Source: Candidatus Saccharimonadota bacterium (GTDB lineage Bacteria; Patescibacteriota; Saccharimonadia; Saccharimonadales; JACDBH01). From it: a DNA stretch of 64,000 nt. The stretch lies in the NCBI GenBank assembly GCA_028289135.1, contig JAQGGW010000005.1, positions 2,941 to 66,940 of the forward strand. Reading direction: 5' to 3'. The notes under the pieces are model-generated. The model did not search any database. It was given only the letters and a program-made list of their open reading frames with translations, and was not told where the DNA came from. Positions 27,855 to 36,947 of the stretch are shown here, in pieces (the stretch's first letter is position 1; every line of letters starts with the position of its first letter). The position numbers were made by a program, and so were the translations under genes.

Positions 27855-28427
27855 ATGACCATCCAAGAGCTATTTATTATGGCGAACCAAGAGCTAGAGA
27901 AGGTAATTTTACAGATAAAAGATGACCAGTGGAGCATGATGATGCCGCCTGGCATGTCACGCAGTCCAGGCAATCTTGAACTGGCTGTACGCTACCATAC
28001 CTATGACGATGCTTGGGTGCCGGATGTATTGGCCGGCAAGACGGCAGAAGAAGTCGGCGATAAATATGACTATGTTAAAACCGAAGGCGATATTTTAAAA
28101 AATTACAAAAAGTATAACTACTTGGCGGTGGACGCGGTTGCGGGTTTTACGGACCTAGATAAGCAAACACATCTTAGTTACGGCGATTATCCTGCTAAGG
28201 ATTATTTGCAGCACATCATAAGTTTTAGGGCGTTCCGCAGTTATGATATTGCCAAGATGATCGGGATTGACTCCACCATGAAGCCCGATTTTGTTGAAGC
28301 TTTGACAGAGGAATACACTCCTGTTATTGGTTTTTACCGACAGATCGGCGTTTTCCCTGAGCCGCTTGAAGTTGCTGAAAATGCCTCCGCGCAGGAAAAG
28401 CTTTTGGCAATGGTCGGCCGCAGTTAA
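27855..28427 (+). CDS. Hypothetical protein, possibly DinB/MDMPI-like
   Basis: 190 aa with an AGGAGG RBS. The family guess rests only on the N-terminal helical pattern and is weak. Confidence 0.6.
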   Translation: MTIQELFIMANQELEKVILQIKDDQWSMMMPPGMSRSPGNLELAVRYHTYDDAWVPDVLAGKTAEEVGDKYDYVKTEGDILKNYKKYNYLAVDAVAGFTDLDKQTHLSYGDYPAKDYLQHIISFRAFRSYDIAKMIGIDSTMKPDFVEALTEEYTPVIGFYRQIGVFPEPLEVAENASAQEKLLAMVGRS

Positions 28428-28450
28428 ATTAATAAATAAAGGAGATAATT

Positions 28451-28936
28451 ATGAATAAAATGGCAGTTTGTTTATGGATGGACGGCACGGCAGAGGAAGC
28501 GGCAGATTTTTATATGTCCGTATTTAAGGATTCAAAAATCTTAAGGACTTCACGTTATCCAGATGCCGGACAGGAGATTACAGGTCAAAAACCGGGAAGC
28601 GTAATGACGGTCGAGTTTGAAGTTAACGGTATGCAAATCTTACTGTTAAATGGCGGGCCGCTTTTTAAATTTAATGAAGCCGCATCAATTGTAGTTTATT
28701 GCGACACACAAGAAGAGATAGATGAATACTGGGACAAGCTTTCGGCCGTTCCCGAAAATGAACAGTGCGGTTGGCTAAAGGACAAATATGGATTTTCGTG
28801 GCAAATCACCCCGCCAATGCTGGACGAGATGATAGCGAATCCAAACAGCACAAAATCCAACGCGGCAATGAACGCTATGCTAAAGATGAAAAAGATTGAT
28901 ATCGCGGAACTGCAAAAAGCCTACGACGAAGCTTAA
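28451..28936 (+). CDS. VOC-superfamily protein of the PhnB / 3-demethylubiquinone-9 3-methyltransferase-domain type
   Basis: Residues [22 protein letters not shown]....Y........[10 protein letters not shown]......NGGP.F.FNEA and [13 protein letters not shown] are typical of this family. Confidence 0.8.
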   Translation: MNKMAVCLWMDGTAEEAADFYMSVFKDSKILRTSRYPDAGQEITGQKPGSVMTVEFEVNGMQILLLNGGPLFKFNEAASIVVYCDTQEEIDEYWDKLSAVPENEQCGWLKDKYGFSWQITPPMLDEMIANPNSTKSNAAMNAMLKMKKIDIAELQKAYDEA

Positions 28937-30228
28937 TAGCGGTAGAGCTCGCCCTTGAATGGGCCGTTTTCTGGCAGGTTGAGGTACTCGGCTTGATCGG
29001 CGCTGAGCTTGGTGACGTGGCCGTCAAGTGCGGCAACGTGGATGGCGGCAACTTTTTCGTCGAGAGCTTTTGGCAGGTGGTGAACGCCCAATTCGTATTC
29101 TTTGGTATAGAGTTCAATCTGCGCCAATACTTGGTTTGAGAACGAACACGACATGACAAATGATGAGTGTCCAGTGGCATTGCCAAGGTTAACCAAGCGG
29201 CCTTCTGACAAGACAATTAAGCGGCGGCCGGATGGCATGGTATAGAGGTCAACAAGCGGCTTAACCTCTTCCTTTTTAATACCTGCAAGCTCGTTAAGCT
29301 CGTGGATCTGGATTTCGTGGTCAAAATGGCCGATGTTACAGACAATCGCGGTATCTTTCATGGCTTGCATATGCTGAAGGGTAATAATGTCTTTGCAGCC
29401 TGTTGCGGTTACAAAAATATCGCCCTGCGGAGCCGCTTCTTCCATCGTAACGACTTCGTAGCCTTCCATTAAAGCTTGGAGCGCACAGATCGGGTCAATT
29501 TCGGTAACTAGTACACGGGCGCCAAAAGCACGCAGTGACTGGGCGCTGCCTTTGCCGACGTCGCCGTAGCCAGCGACAACAGCAACTTTGCCGGCAATCA
29601 TTACATCGGTCGCGCGTTTGATGCCGTCCATGAGTGATTCACGGCAGCCGTAGAGGTTGTCAAACTTGGACTTGGTAACAGAGTCATTTACATTGATCGC
29701 TGGGATTTTAAGGCCATTATCTTCAAACAGTTTGTTTAACGCTTTCACGCCGGTTGTGGTTTCTTCGGACACGCCTTTTATTTCGGTTAAAAGTTCAGGA
29801 TGCTTGTCATGCACGAGGGCAGTCAAATCACCGCCATCATCTAGCAGCATGTTTGGCCCCTGGCCATCTTTAAATAGCAGTGTTTGTTCAACGCACCACC
29901 AATATTCTTCTTCGCTCTCGCCCTTCCAGGCAAAGACTGGCGTGCCAACTGCTGCCAATGCGGCTGCGGCCTGGTCTTGGGTCGAGAAAATGTTACATGA
30001 AGACCAGCGGACTTCGGCGCCAAGCGCCTGCAAAGTTTCAACCAACACCGCGGTTTGGATAGTCATGTGGATCGAGCCAGAAATGCGGGCGCCTTTTAGC
30101 GGCTGGGCATGGCCGTATTCTTCGCGCAGTGACATCAGGCCGGGCATTTCGCTTTCGGCCAAATTAATTTCTTTGCGTCCCCATTCGGCCAGGCTAATAT
30201 CTTTTACTTTGTAGTCGTTTTCATCCAT
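28933..30228 (-). CDS. ahcY: Adenosylhomocysteinase
   Basis: 431 aa. [20 protein letters not shown] start and NAD-binding GYGDVGKG. Confidence 0.96.
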   Translation of the reverse strand: MDENDYKVKDISLAEWGRKEINLAESEMPGLMSLREEYGHAQPLKGARISGSIHMTIQTAVLVETLQALGAEVRWSSCNIFSTQDQAAAALAAVGTPVFAWKGESEEEYWWCVEQTLLFKDGQGPNMLLDDGGDLTALVHDKHPELLTEIKGVSEETTTGVKALNKLFEDNGLKIPAINVNDSVTKSKFDNLYGCRESLMDGIKRATDVMIAGKVAVVAGYGDVGKGSAQSLRAFGARVLVTEIDPICALQALMEGYEVVTMEEAAPQGDIFVTATGCKDIITLQHMQAMKDTAIVCNIGHFDHEIQIHELNELAGIKKEEVKPLVDLYTMPSGRRLIVLSEGRLVNLGNATGHSSFVMSCSFSNQVLAQIELYTKEYELGVHHLPKALDEKVAAIHVAALDGHVTKLSADQAEYLNLPENGPFKGELYRY

Positions 30229-30230
30229 TT

Positions 30231-31178
30231 TTAAAGCTCAATTTCTTGGTTAAAGGTTTGTTGATAGCGTTGTGTAATTAATTCTTTTGTAAAATTTGCT
30301 TGCGGGCCATGTTGTTCAAGCGCAAACGACGCTGTTACAGCCGCTAGCTGCCCACACTTAACGAGCTCCCATTGTCGCAAATATCCATACAAAAATCCAG
30401 CCCGGTAGGCATCCCCAGCGCCAGTCGGGTCAACAATTTTATCTGGTTTTGCAATGCCCACTTTAACCGGATCGTTATTCATCTGGTCATAAATAATCGA
30501 ACCATTTTCACCGTACGTGATAATTAATTTTGCTTTTGCCTTAAGATCTTCTTCGCTAAGGCCGGTTTTATTGACCAATACGCCAAGCTCATATTCATTC
30601 ACAATTAATATTTCGGCGGCATCGATGCCAACCTTTAAATCTTCGCCAGAAATGTTGCTGACTTGTTGGCCTGGGTCGTAAAAAAGGCGGATGTTGTGTT
30701 CGGCGCACTCCTCGGTTTGGCGTCGCATGGCAATGGGGTCGTGGGCAGAAATGCAGGCAATAACCGGCTGTCCAGCCCAAGGAGTAAAACTTAGTGATGT
30801 GGCGTCGGCCATGGCTCCAGGATAAAATCCGCCTACCTGGTTGCCCACGCTGTCTGTTAGGACGTTAAACGTAGCGGTAGGGGATTGGCTGCTGTGAACA
30901 TGTGATATGTCTACGCCGTCACCTTCAAGTCGCTTTAGATAGCTTTCCGCATCTGCGCCAGCCGAACCCATAAGAACTGGCTGCTCGCCCAAAAGGGCAA
31001 TGTTATGGGCAATATTGGCACCAATACCACCCTGGGCTTCATCAAAAGATTGCACCAGTACACTAATAGACAAAACGTCCAACTGTGCGGGATTAATGAA
31101 GTCTTTATATTGGCCAGAAAAGGTCATTATCCTGTCGATCGCAATTGAACCACACACCACAAGCTTTTGAGTATTCAT
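30231..31178 (-). CDS. PfkB-family carbohydrate/nucleoside kinase (adenosine kinase plausible from context)
   Basis: [13 protein letters not shown] motif. It lies 2 nt downstream of ahcY on the same strand. Confidence 0.85.
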   Translation of the reverse strand: MNTQKLVVCGSIAIDRIMTFSGQYKDFINPAQLDVLSISVLVQSFDEAQGGIGANIAHNIALLGEQPVLMGSAGADAESYLKRLEGDGVDISHVHSSQSPTATFNVLTDSVGNQVGGFYPGAMADATSLSFTPWAGQPVIACISAHDPIAMRRQTEECAEHNIRLFYDPGQQVSNISGEDLKVGIDAAEILIVNEYELGVLVNKTGLSEEDLKAKAKLIITYGENGSIIYDQMNNDPVKVGIAKPDKIVDPTGAGDAYRAGFLYGYLRQWELVKCGQLAAVTASFALEQHGPQANFTKELITQRYQQTFNQEIEL

Positions 31179-31200
31179 AAGGTTTATTATAACCTATCAG

Positions 31201-31833
31201 CTAGCCGCGGTGGGGATTAATAAAATCATCCCAAGACTGCATTTTAGTATCAGCCATACCTCCAGGCTTAAATGTGACCTTGTTATTCTCGTAAACATAT
31301 TTTAGCCGCTGGTAGCCAATGTAGCTTAGGATAATTCCTGTGCTTGTGCCGAGGTTAAGGCTTTCGACAATTCCTCCCATCGGGATCTGGATGCACATAT
31401 CTGCCTGCGCTGTGGCTTCATCCGAAATACCCTTTGACTCATTGCCAAACCATACGGCCAGCCGTTTTTGGGTAAAAGTCTCATCGTACAAACAGACATT
31501 TTCTTTGCCTTTAATGTGAGATGAAGTAACGGCAATCGTGTAGCGCTCTTTGCGCAGGTGGGCGATGCATCCGGCCGTGGTGTCAAACTGTTTAACAAAC
31601 ACCCATTTATTGGACCCAACGCTCAAGTTTGCGAGCCGTTTGTGTGTGCGTGATGTTTCAAAGTCTTTGACAATTGCATTGTTGCCAATTACATACAGTT
31701 TTTCAACGCCAAATGCCGAGATGTTGCGTATCGTCGAGGCAATGTTTACGATATCCATCGGGTTTTCTAACACGCAAATAAAATACTTGTTTTGTAAGTG
31801 TTTAATTTCCCTGATCTTGTCCCGTACTGCCAT
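31201..31833 (-). CDS. SpoU/TrmH-family RNA 2'-O-methyltransferase
   Basis: NIASTIRN..AFG, FGNESKGIS and ESLNLGTSTGI motifs. Confidence 0.85.
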   Translation of the reverse strand: MAVRDKIREIKHLQNKYFICVLENPMDIVNIASTIRNISAFGVEKLYVIGNNAIVKDFETSRTHKRLANLSVGSNKWVFVKQFDTTAGCIAHLRKERYTIAVTSSHIKGKENVCLYDETFTQKRLAVWFGNESKGISDEATAQADMCIQIPMGGIVESLNLGTSTGIILSYIGYQRLKYVYENNKVTFKPGGMADTKMQSWDDFINPHRG

Positions 31834-31876
31834 AATGCCTAAATTATAGCGCAGTTTACTTCTTTAAGATGGGCTA

Positions 31877-32233
31877 TTATTTACTAATTGCTTGCTTAAT
31901 CAAATCCTCAAGCGCCGCCCTGTCTATGTTTTCCCCTTCTTGGAGGTCGATACTTCGTGACTTTTTAGATTCTAGCCCGTTATTAAAAAGGTTCTTGCTA
32001 TCTGTAAGCTGGGCGCCGTTTTGCATAAAATTATATTTGGTATGGGATTTAAAGCACGCCATCGCAAACAGCGCTTTTTTGCCTAAAATAAAAACGGGCA
32101 CGCCCCATTTGATCTCTTCGGTAATATCCGGGCAAATCTCGTGTATCATCTCGCGGTAAAGCGTTAGGTTGCCCCGCTGCCACAGAGGCAAATCCTTTAT
32201 ATATTCATCGGTGTTAGCTGCGTTTCCATTCAT
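31877..32233 (-). CDS. DUF1801 (YdhG-like) domain protein
   Basis: 118 aa with the E.IKWG.PVF pattern. Confidence 0.7.
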   Translation of the reverse strand: MNGNAANTDEYIKDLPLWQRGNLTLYREMIHEICPDITEEIKWGVPVFILGKKALFAMACFKSHTKYNFMQNGAQLTDSKNLFNNGLESKKSRSIDLQEGENIDRAALEDLIKQAISK

Positions 32234-32342
32234 TTTTTAGGCCTCCAGTTTAGCTAAAGTATAGCAAATCTTTAAAACAATCCTCTTTATAAGCATCCGT
32301 TCAGCTTTTTGTTTATGGTTAGCTGTAGTACAGTCTTATTAT

Positions 32343-33839
32343 ATGGAAGAACATCAAGAACCAGTAGAATCATCGTCCTCTGAGCCGGTAGTAATCACTC
32401 AAGAAAATCAAATAAACGAAGTAAAAAAACAAGGACCGAATAAAATTGTAATTGGTGCCTTACTCGTAGTCCTTATCGCTGCGGGCTCTGCAATGTTTAT
32501 GTATATACATAAGAAAAAGCCGGTGACGGTAAGCAACGTTACGCCCGTGATTACCTATTACTACAACGACGGCAAAACTGTGATGTGGCAGGACAAAGAT
32601 CCGGCAAAATCACTCGCTATCTCACAGGCGCCGGTGGCTCCTCACTTTTTGAATGCTGTATATCTGGAGCTTGAGCAAAAATATGGCGGCGGTTTTTATA
32701 AACAAGGTGCGTGGGATGTTGTAACAACGCTGGATAAAAATCTTCAAACCTCGGCCGAGAAATATGTCTTGGCACAGGAACCATCACTTTTAAAACACAC
32801 AGCAAATGCTGCGGGGTTCGTTGGCGAAGACGTTGTAACCGGTAAAATAGTGTCTTTAGTTGGCAATCTACCAAGCCAGTTAACCCAGCCCCATGATTAT
32901 GCCAATTATATGATCGAACCAGGTTCAAGCATCAAGCCGTTTGTCTACGCAACGTTATTTGACCAGACAACAAACTACGGTGCAGGCAGCAATATTGAAG
33001 ACACTCAGGGTCCTCTTGAGGGCTATCCGTGCACAGTGTCCACGCCGCTCAGTGCCAGCAACTGTTTGTATAATTATGACAGGCAGTATTATGGTAATTT
33101 GCCAATCCGGTACTCGCTTGCTTACAGCCGCAATATTCCCGCGGTCAAAGCGGCAAGCATAGTGGGAATTAAAAAAATTGCAGAAACCGTTAAGAAGTTG
33201 GGGGCCACAAAGGGATACAACTGCTACCCAGGTGGTGTTCAAGCAAGTAAGCCAATCGACTGTTTTAGCGCGGCGGCAATTGGAGACGGGGCATATATTA
33301 ATTTTTCAGAGGAAGTAAATGCCTATGCTTCCCTATCGCGTAATGGCGTTTACATCCCGTCTGTCATGACAGACAAAGTAAGTCTTAATGGCAAAGTAAA
33401 AAGTGAATGGTCGGCACCAAAAGGAGAGCAGGTGATTAAAGCTGACGCGGCCTATATTGTCTCTGACATACTTTCCGATCCAAACGCAGGTTTCCTTTCT
33501 AAGGGGTTTAAGCCCAGCTTTATGTCTGGTAACTTCAAAACGAGCATTATGACCGGAGTAACGAACGATCTTAATACATTTTCTTCTTTTGCTTACACCA
33601 CCCAGTATGTTGCCGGATTCTGGTTTGGCAAGCCGGGCAACGCTGGCTATACCTATGAAGCAGATACCATACCAGTTATAAGTGGCTGGCTTTCGGATGC
33701 TGAAGCAGGCAAAACAGCAGTTGAGCGCGTAATGCCCGCTGGCCTTCAAACACTGCCTGCCCAGGTTGCTGATCCGAGCGCTCCGGGTATCCTGCCAAGA
33801 CCAACAACCGATATTTACCCTAGCTACTACAAGCCGTAG
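32343..33839 (+). CDS. Membrane-anchored penicillin-binding protein, transpeptidase domain only
   Basis: N-terminal TM helix, SxxK (GSSIKPF) and SxN (YSRNIPA) motifs. I see no glycosyltransferase (ED..F..H.G) motif. Confidence 0.8.
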   Translation: MEEHQEPVESSSSEPVVITQENQINEVKKQGPNKIVIGALLVVLIAAGSAMFMYIHKKKPVTVSNVTPVITYYYNDGKTVMWQDKDPAKSLAISQAPVAPHFLNAVYLELEQKYGGGFYKQGAWDVVTTLDKNLQTSAEKYVLAQEPSLLKHTANAAGFVGEDVVTGKIVSLVGNLPSQLTQPHDYANYMIEPGSSIKPFVYATLFDQTTNYGAGSNIEDTQGPLEGYPCTVSTPLSASNCLYNYDRQYYGNLPIRYSLAYSRNIPAVKAASIVGIKKIAETVKKLGATKGYNCYPGGVQASKPIDCFSAAAIGDGAYINFSEEVNAYASLSRNGVYIPSVMTDKVSLNGKVKSEWSAPKGEQVIKADAAYIVSDILSDPNAGFLSKGFKPSFMSGNFKTSIMTGVTNDLNTFSSFAYTTQYVAGFWFGKPGNAGYTYEADTIPVISGWLSDAEAGKTAVERVMPAGLQTLPAQVADPSAPGILPRPTTDIYPSYYKP

Positions 33840-33848
33840 AATAAAACT

Positions 33849-34001
33849 ATGAACAAGAAGCTTTTGCCAATTCTGGTATCTCTCATGGCTATTGTTATAT
33901 TTTTTGGTGGTTTTTATTATTTTTACCACAGATCTCACCAATCTTGCGTGTCTTACTACGACAAAGACGGTAAACAACTGCTGTTTAAAGATTGCCGATA
34001 G
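33849..34001 (+). CDS. Possible 50-aa membrane peptide (below ORF cutoff)
   Basis: MNKKLLPILVSLMAIVIFFGGFYYFY... begins 10 nt after the PBP stop. No other support. Confidence 0.3.
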   Translation: MNKKLLPILVSLMAIVIFFGGFYYFYHRSHQSCVSYYDKDGKQLLFKDCR

Positions 34002-34037
34002 AATTTATGTTAAGAGAGTAGAGTTTCTGACAGCTTA

Positions 34038-34065
34038 TAAAACAAAAAACACCTCGGAAGGTGTT
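34038..34065 (-). terminator. Intrinsic terminator for minus-strand transcription from the FAD oxidoreductase gene
   Basis: Stem AACACC/GGTGTT with a 6-nt loop. On the minus strand it is followed by TTTTTTGTTTT. Confidence 0.65.
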
Positions 34066-34275
34066 CGCGGTACTAGCTGGCTCGGCACGATTGTGGGCTT
34101 CTTTAGCAATGAATCCGCTTCTTTCGAAGTCGTCCTGTTATTTGCTAGTACATAAACATTATAAACCATAACCAGGCTGGTGTCAAACACTTTTTTAAAA
34201 ACTGAATGTGCTTCCGGTTTGAATATTTGAATGTTTACTTATATCAACATTATAGCTAAACAGCACAGTTTGACT

Positions 34276-35676
34276 TTAATCGACTATCCTTAATTTAGCG
34301 ATTCCTAAAACAGTTTTTATAACCCCGCGTCTTTTTTGAACTTTATATTTTTCATTGACTCGCGTTCTGTTGAAGATATCCGGTAAAGATGTAGCTTTAT
34401 ATTTTTTGCGGAGCTTGTCATACCAAGTTTTGTCATAGACTTTCCAGAATTCCTCATAAGAATAGTAGTTATGAGAGTAAAACCATTTTTTGCCACCTAG
34501 TTCGTTGGTTTTTGCTTCAATCTGACGGTTAGCAGCAACGAATTTTTCATAGGGCTCCACTCGAAGGCCGTAGACACCAAGATTAAATACTATGTCAGCA
34601 TCAATGCCATTACACTGTAGTGGCGAACGAGGTTCAGGCTTTATTGGGCAACCACCAAGCGGGTACATATTAAACTCTTTATCCATATAATCAAGGAATG
34701 GCACCATGCCACTTTCAGGTAGCATAATATCCTGGCATATGTAGGATTGGCTCGCCGCGCTTTCTTGCAATACCTGATATAGCTTTCTTGTTCGCAGCAA
34801 CGGATCAAATAGAAAGCGCATAATTCGATTGAAGGGAATATTATAATCTTTGAATCCAATTTCTGCTGCCCAAAACGCACCCCGATTAAACCGAAAGAGG
34901 TAGTCTTTAAGGGGAATGCTATCTGTTATTTGCATACCAGTGGCTGCAACTTCTTTAATATATAAAAAGTACCAATTATCTTGAGGGCGGCTAAATCGTA
35001 ATAATCGTCCCTGAATTTTATTTGTCATAGTACCGACAACAACAGCACCTCGGTCTTTGCTAAACATGTACCACTCAACAAAGTCAGTACCTAAATTGGC
35101 ATAATGCTTCATCATTTTTATACCTTCGGCGAAACTAGTGATTTGATAATGAGTAACGCTGACATATTTAGTTGCTGGTATGAGTTGTATTTCTGTAGCT
35201 GTAATTAATCCAAGCGAGCCATATGATCCAGCTGCACCATAAAATAGATCTGCGTGTTCTTGCGGAGAAGCCTTTACTAGTGAACCGTCTCCCAATATGT
35301 ACTCGATCCAGTTAGCTGTTTGGCTTACGCAGCCGTACTTATGGGATGATGTTTCGGCAGCTGCTCCTTGGATAGCGCCACCAATGGTAATACCCGGGAA
35401 CTCAGGCACAACTGGTGGTACGAGCCCGTGTTTGAGAGTAGCTTTTACGAGCTTGTCCATGGGGACGTTGGGCTCTACGATAACGGTTTGCTTCTCAATG
35501 TCTACAGAAATAACATTATTTAAATCGCTTACATCTACCATCTCGCTTCGTTTAAACGTGAGTACGCGTGTAGAGTTAGTCGAACCATGATAAACACGAA
35601 ATGGTGTTTTTTGAGAATAGTACTTTGCTACTTGGTTTTGTAAATTTTTAACCACGATCGCGTGTTTAGAAGTCAT
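34276..35676 (-). CDS. FAD-dependent oxidoreductase of the DHCR24 / DIMINUTO (sterol delta-24 reductase-like) family
   Basis: 466 aa. [50 protein letters not shown] and [20 protein letters not shown] line up with recalled DHCR24 segments. The gene is AT-rich. Confidence 0.85.
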   Translation of the reverse strand: [466 protein letters not shown]

Positions 35677-35690
35677 AACCTAATGATACC

Positions 35691-35719
35691 AAACAAAAAG
35701 ACTTGGTAAGAAGTCTTTT
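35691..35719. terminator. Intrinsic terminator downstream of tRNA-Gln (minus strand)
   Basis: 7-bp stem AAGACTT/AAGTCTT with a 6-nt loop. The minus strand is followed by TTTTTGTTT. Confidence 0.6.
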
Positions 35720-35730
35720 AAACATATGAG

Positions 35731-35754
35731 CTTGGTTGGGTATGAGGGATTCAG
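35731..35754 (-). repeat. Degenerate copy of the tRNA-Gln 3' end
   Basis: On the minus strand, GAATCCCTCATACCCAACCAAG versus the tRNA 3' end GAATCCCTCATCCCCAGCCAAG (20/22 identical). It lies immediately 3' of the intact tRNA. Confidence 0.6.
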
Positions 35755-35765
35755 TGCATTTCTCT

Positions 35766-35839
35766 TGGCTGGGGATGAGGGATTCGAACCCCCGATCTCG
35801 GAACCAGAATCCGATGCCTTACCACTTGGCCAATCCCCA
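35766..35839 (-). tRNA. tRNA-Gln (CUG), CCA encoded
   Basis: Reverse complement folds as acceptor TGGGGAT/ATCCCCA, anticodon arm TCGGA-TTCTGGT-TCCGA, T arm GGGGG-TTCGAAT-CCCTC, GCCA end. Confidence 0.9.
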
Positions 35840-35871
35840 AAGAATTGCCAAGAGAGATGAACTGAATCTAA

Positions 35872-36027
35872 ATTATTAAGAAGGGATTCGACCGACGTTC
35901 CGCCGGCCCGGAGCTTCTGCTTTGGTAACATGTTACCAAGTGAAGACTCCCTTGCAAAATGCCACAGGCATTTTTCACCCCGATCATGGAACCAGAATCC
36001 GATGCCTTACCACTTGGCCAATCCCCA
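35872..36027 (-). pseudogene. Disrupted second tRNA-Gln copy: intact 5' 50 nt, an ~84-nt structured insert at the T-arm, and a non-pairing 3' end
   Basis: 36027-35988 is identical to tRNA-Gln positions 1-40, and GATCGGGG is then shared. The insert carries hairpins at 35910-35950 and 35956-35974. A T-loop remnant GTCGAATCCCT sits at 35892-35882. The 3' sequence TCTTAAT cannot pair with TGGGGAT. Confidence 0.65.
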
Positions 36028-36131
36028 ATAAAAGCGGAAAACTCAAGTGATTGTAACAGATTAGGGGGCATTTTAACAGAGCTAAATGTTTATATACTTG
36101 ACGAACGGCTTTTGTAGTATATAATACAATA

Positions 36132-36416
36132 ATGCACGAATTTCAGCCAGTAACAGAAACAGCAGTTTTTATACGGACTGCCAATATAGCCTGTGCTGTC
36201 GGCCCACTAGCGTCTACAATACTTGCGCCAAGGCCAGGCACCGTAAGCTTTACCGACACATCAAACTGTTGCGAAGATTGCCCGGATATTAATGACAATC
36301 CGCCAAGCCAAAGCGAATGCCCAAATTTTGAGCTGGAAGCGGGCAGGTGGCCTATTTGTAAGCGCGAAGGCAACAGCGATGACATGATCGGCAAGTTTTT
36401 TGGATTTGGGAAGTAA
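36132..36416 (+). CDS. Hypothetical small Cys-rich protein (94 aa)
   Basis: ORF preceded by TTGACG-16 nt-TATAAT (36098-36125), with the ATG 6 nt after the -10 element. An antisense ORF of similar size exists, so coding status is uncertain. Confidence 0.4.
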   Translation: MHEFQPVTETAVFIRTANIACAVGPLASTILAPRPGTVSFTDTSNCCEDCPDINDNPPSQSECPNFELEAGRWPICKREGNSDDMIGKFFGFGK

Positions 36417-36488
36417 CCTACAACTACATTAGGGTAATCTAAATAAATATGGTATAATAAAAAAGATAATTAATCAGGATCTTTTATT

Positions 36489-36740
36489 ATGAGTATGGAC
36501 TTACGTTGTTTCAATGGTCAGCCTTCAGCAGATTCATCGTTTGTGGTAGAGCCTCATCCTAGTATTTACGGAGGGAAAGTGACGCGTGAAAGTATGCGTG
36601 CATTCAGAGTCGCAAACGGGCAACCCGAATCCCTTGGCTCACGCTCAGTAGATCTTGGCGCCATAGGTCAAGTTGCTGGAATGGATGCTGCTCCACAAAT
36701 TATAATCCCAGAAACTCCTCCAGCCCCTGAAATTGGCTAA
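36489..36740 (+). CDS. Hypothetical small protein (83 aa)
   Basis: ORF with an upstream TATAAT at about 36451 and a palindrome TTGGCTAATTTTAGCCAA across its stop. No homology recognised. Confidence 0.4.
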   Translation: MSMDLRCFNGQPSADSSFVVEPHPSIYGGKVTRESMRAFRVANGQPESLGSRSVDLGAIGQVAGMDAAPQIIIPETPPAPEIG

Positions 36741-36755
36741 TTTTAGCCAAGATAT

Positions 36756-36783
36756 TTGACAAGACAAAAATTAGGCGTACATT
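36756..36783 (+). promoter_or_regulatory. Sigma70-like promoter
   Basis: TTGACA (36756-36761), 16-nt spacer, TACATT (36778-36783). Confidence 0.45.
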
Positions 36784-36892
36784 GAAATATGTGAACAACC
36801 TAAACACAACACTAAAGGCGCTCGCGATTATTGTGGCCCCAAAGGGGAGTGTTTCTGGTTTGTAGCAAATAATTAATCAAGACAAACCAATC

Positions 36893-36925
36893 ACTTCCCG
36901 AGAGAAATCCGGGGAGTTTTTATTT
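36893..36925 (+). terminator. Intrinsic terminator or attenuator within the leader of the 36948 ORF
   Basis: 8-bp stem ACTTCCCG/CGGGGAGT (one G-U pair) with a 9-nt loop, followed by TTTTTATTT. The AAGGAG RBS and ATG follow directly. Confidence 0.5.
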
Positions 36926-36947
36926 GTCACAAAAGGAGATAAAAGAA

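Noticed and set aside
29657-30214. 185-aa plus-strand ORF
   Set aside because: It is antisense to adenosylhomocysteinase, which has unambiguous motifs.
33333-33977. 214-aa minus-strand ORF
   Set aside because: It is antisense to the C-terminal half of the PBP gene, is rich in Arg and Cys, and runs through the PBP stop into spacer sequence.
35680-36071. 83-aa and 67-aa minus-strand ORFs sharing the peptide GDWPSGKASDSGS
   Set aside because: The shared peptide is simply the translation of the duplicated tRNA-Gln 5' half. Both ORFs are artefacts of the tRNA locus.
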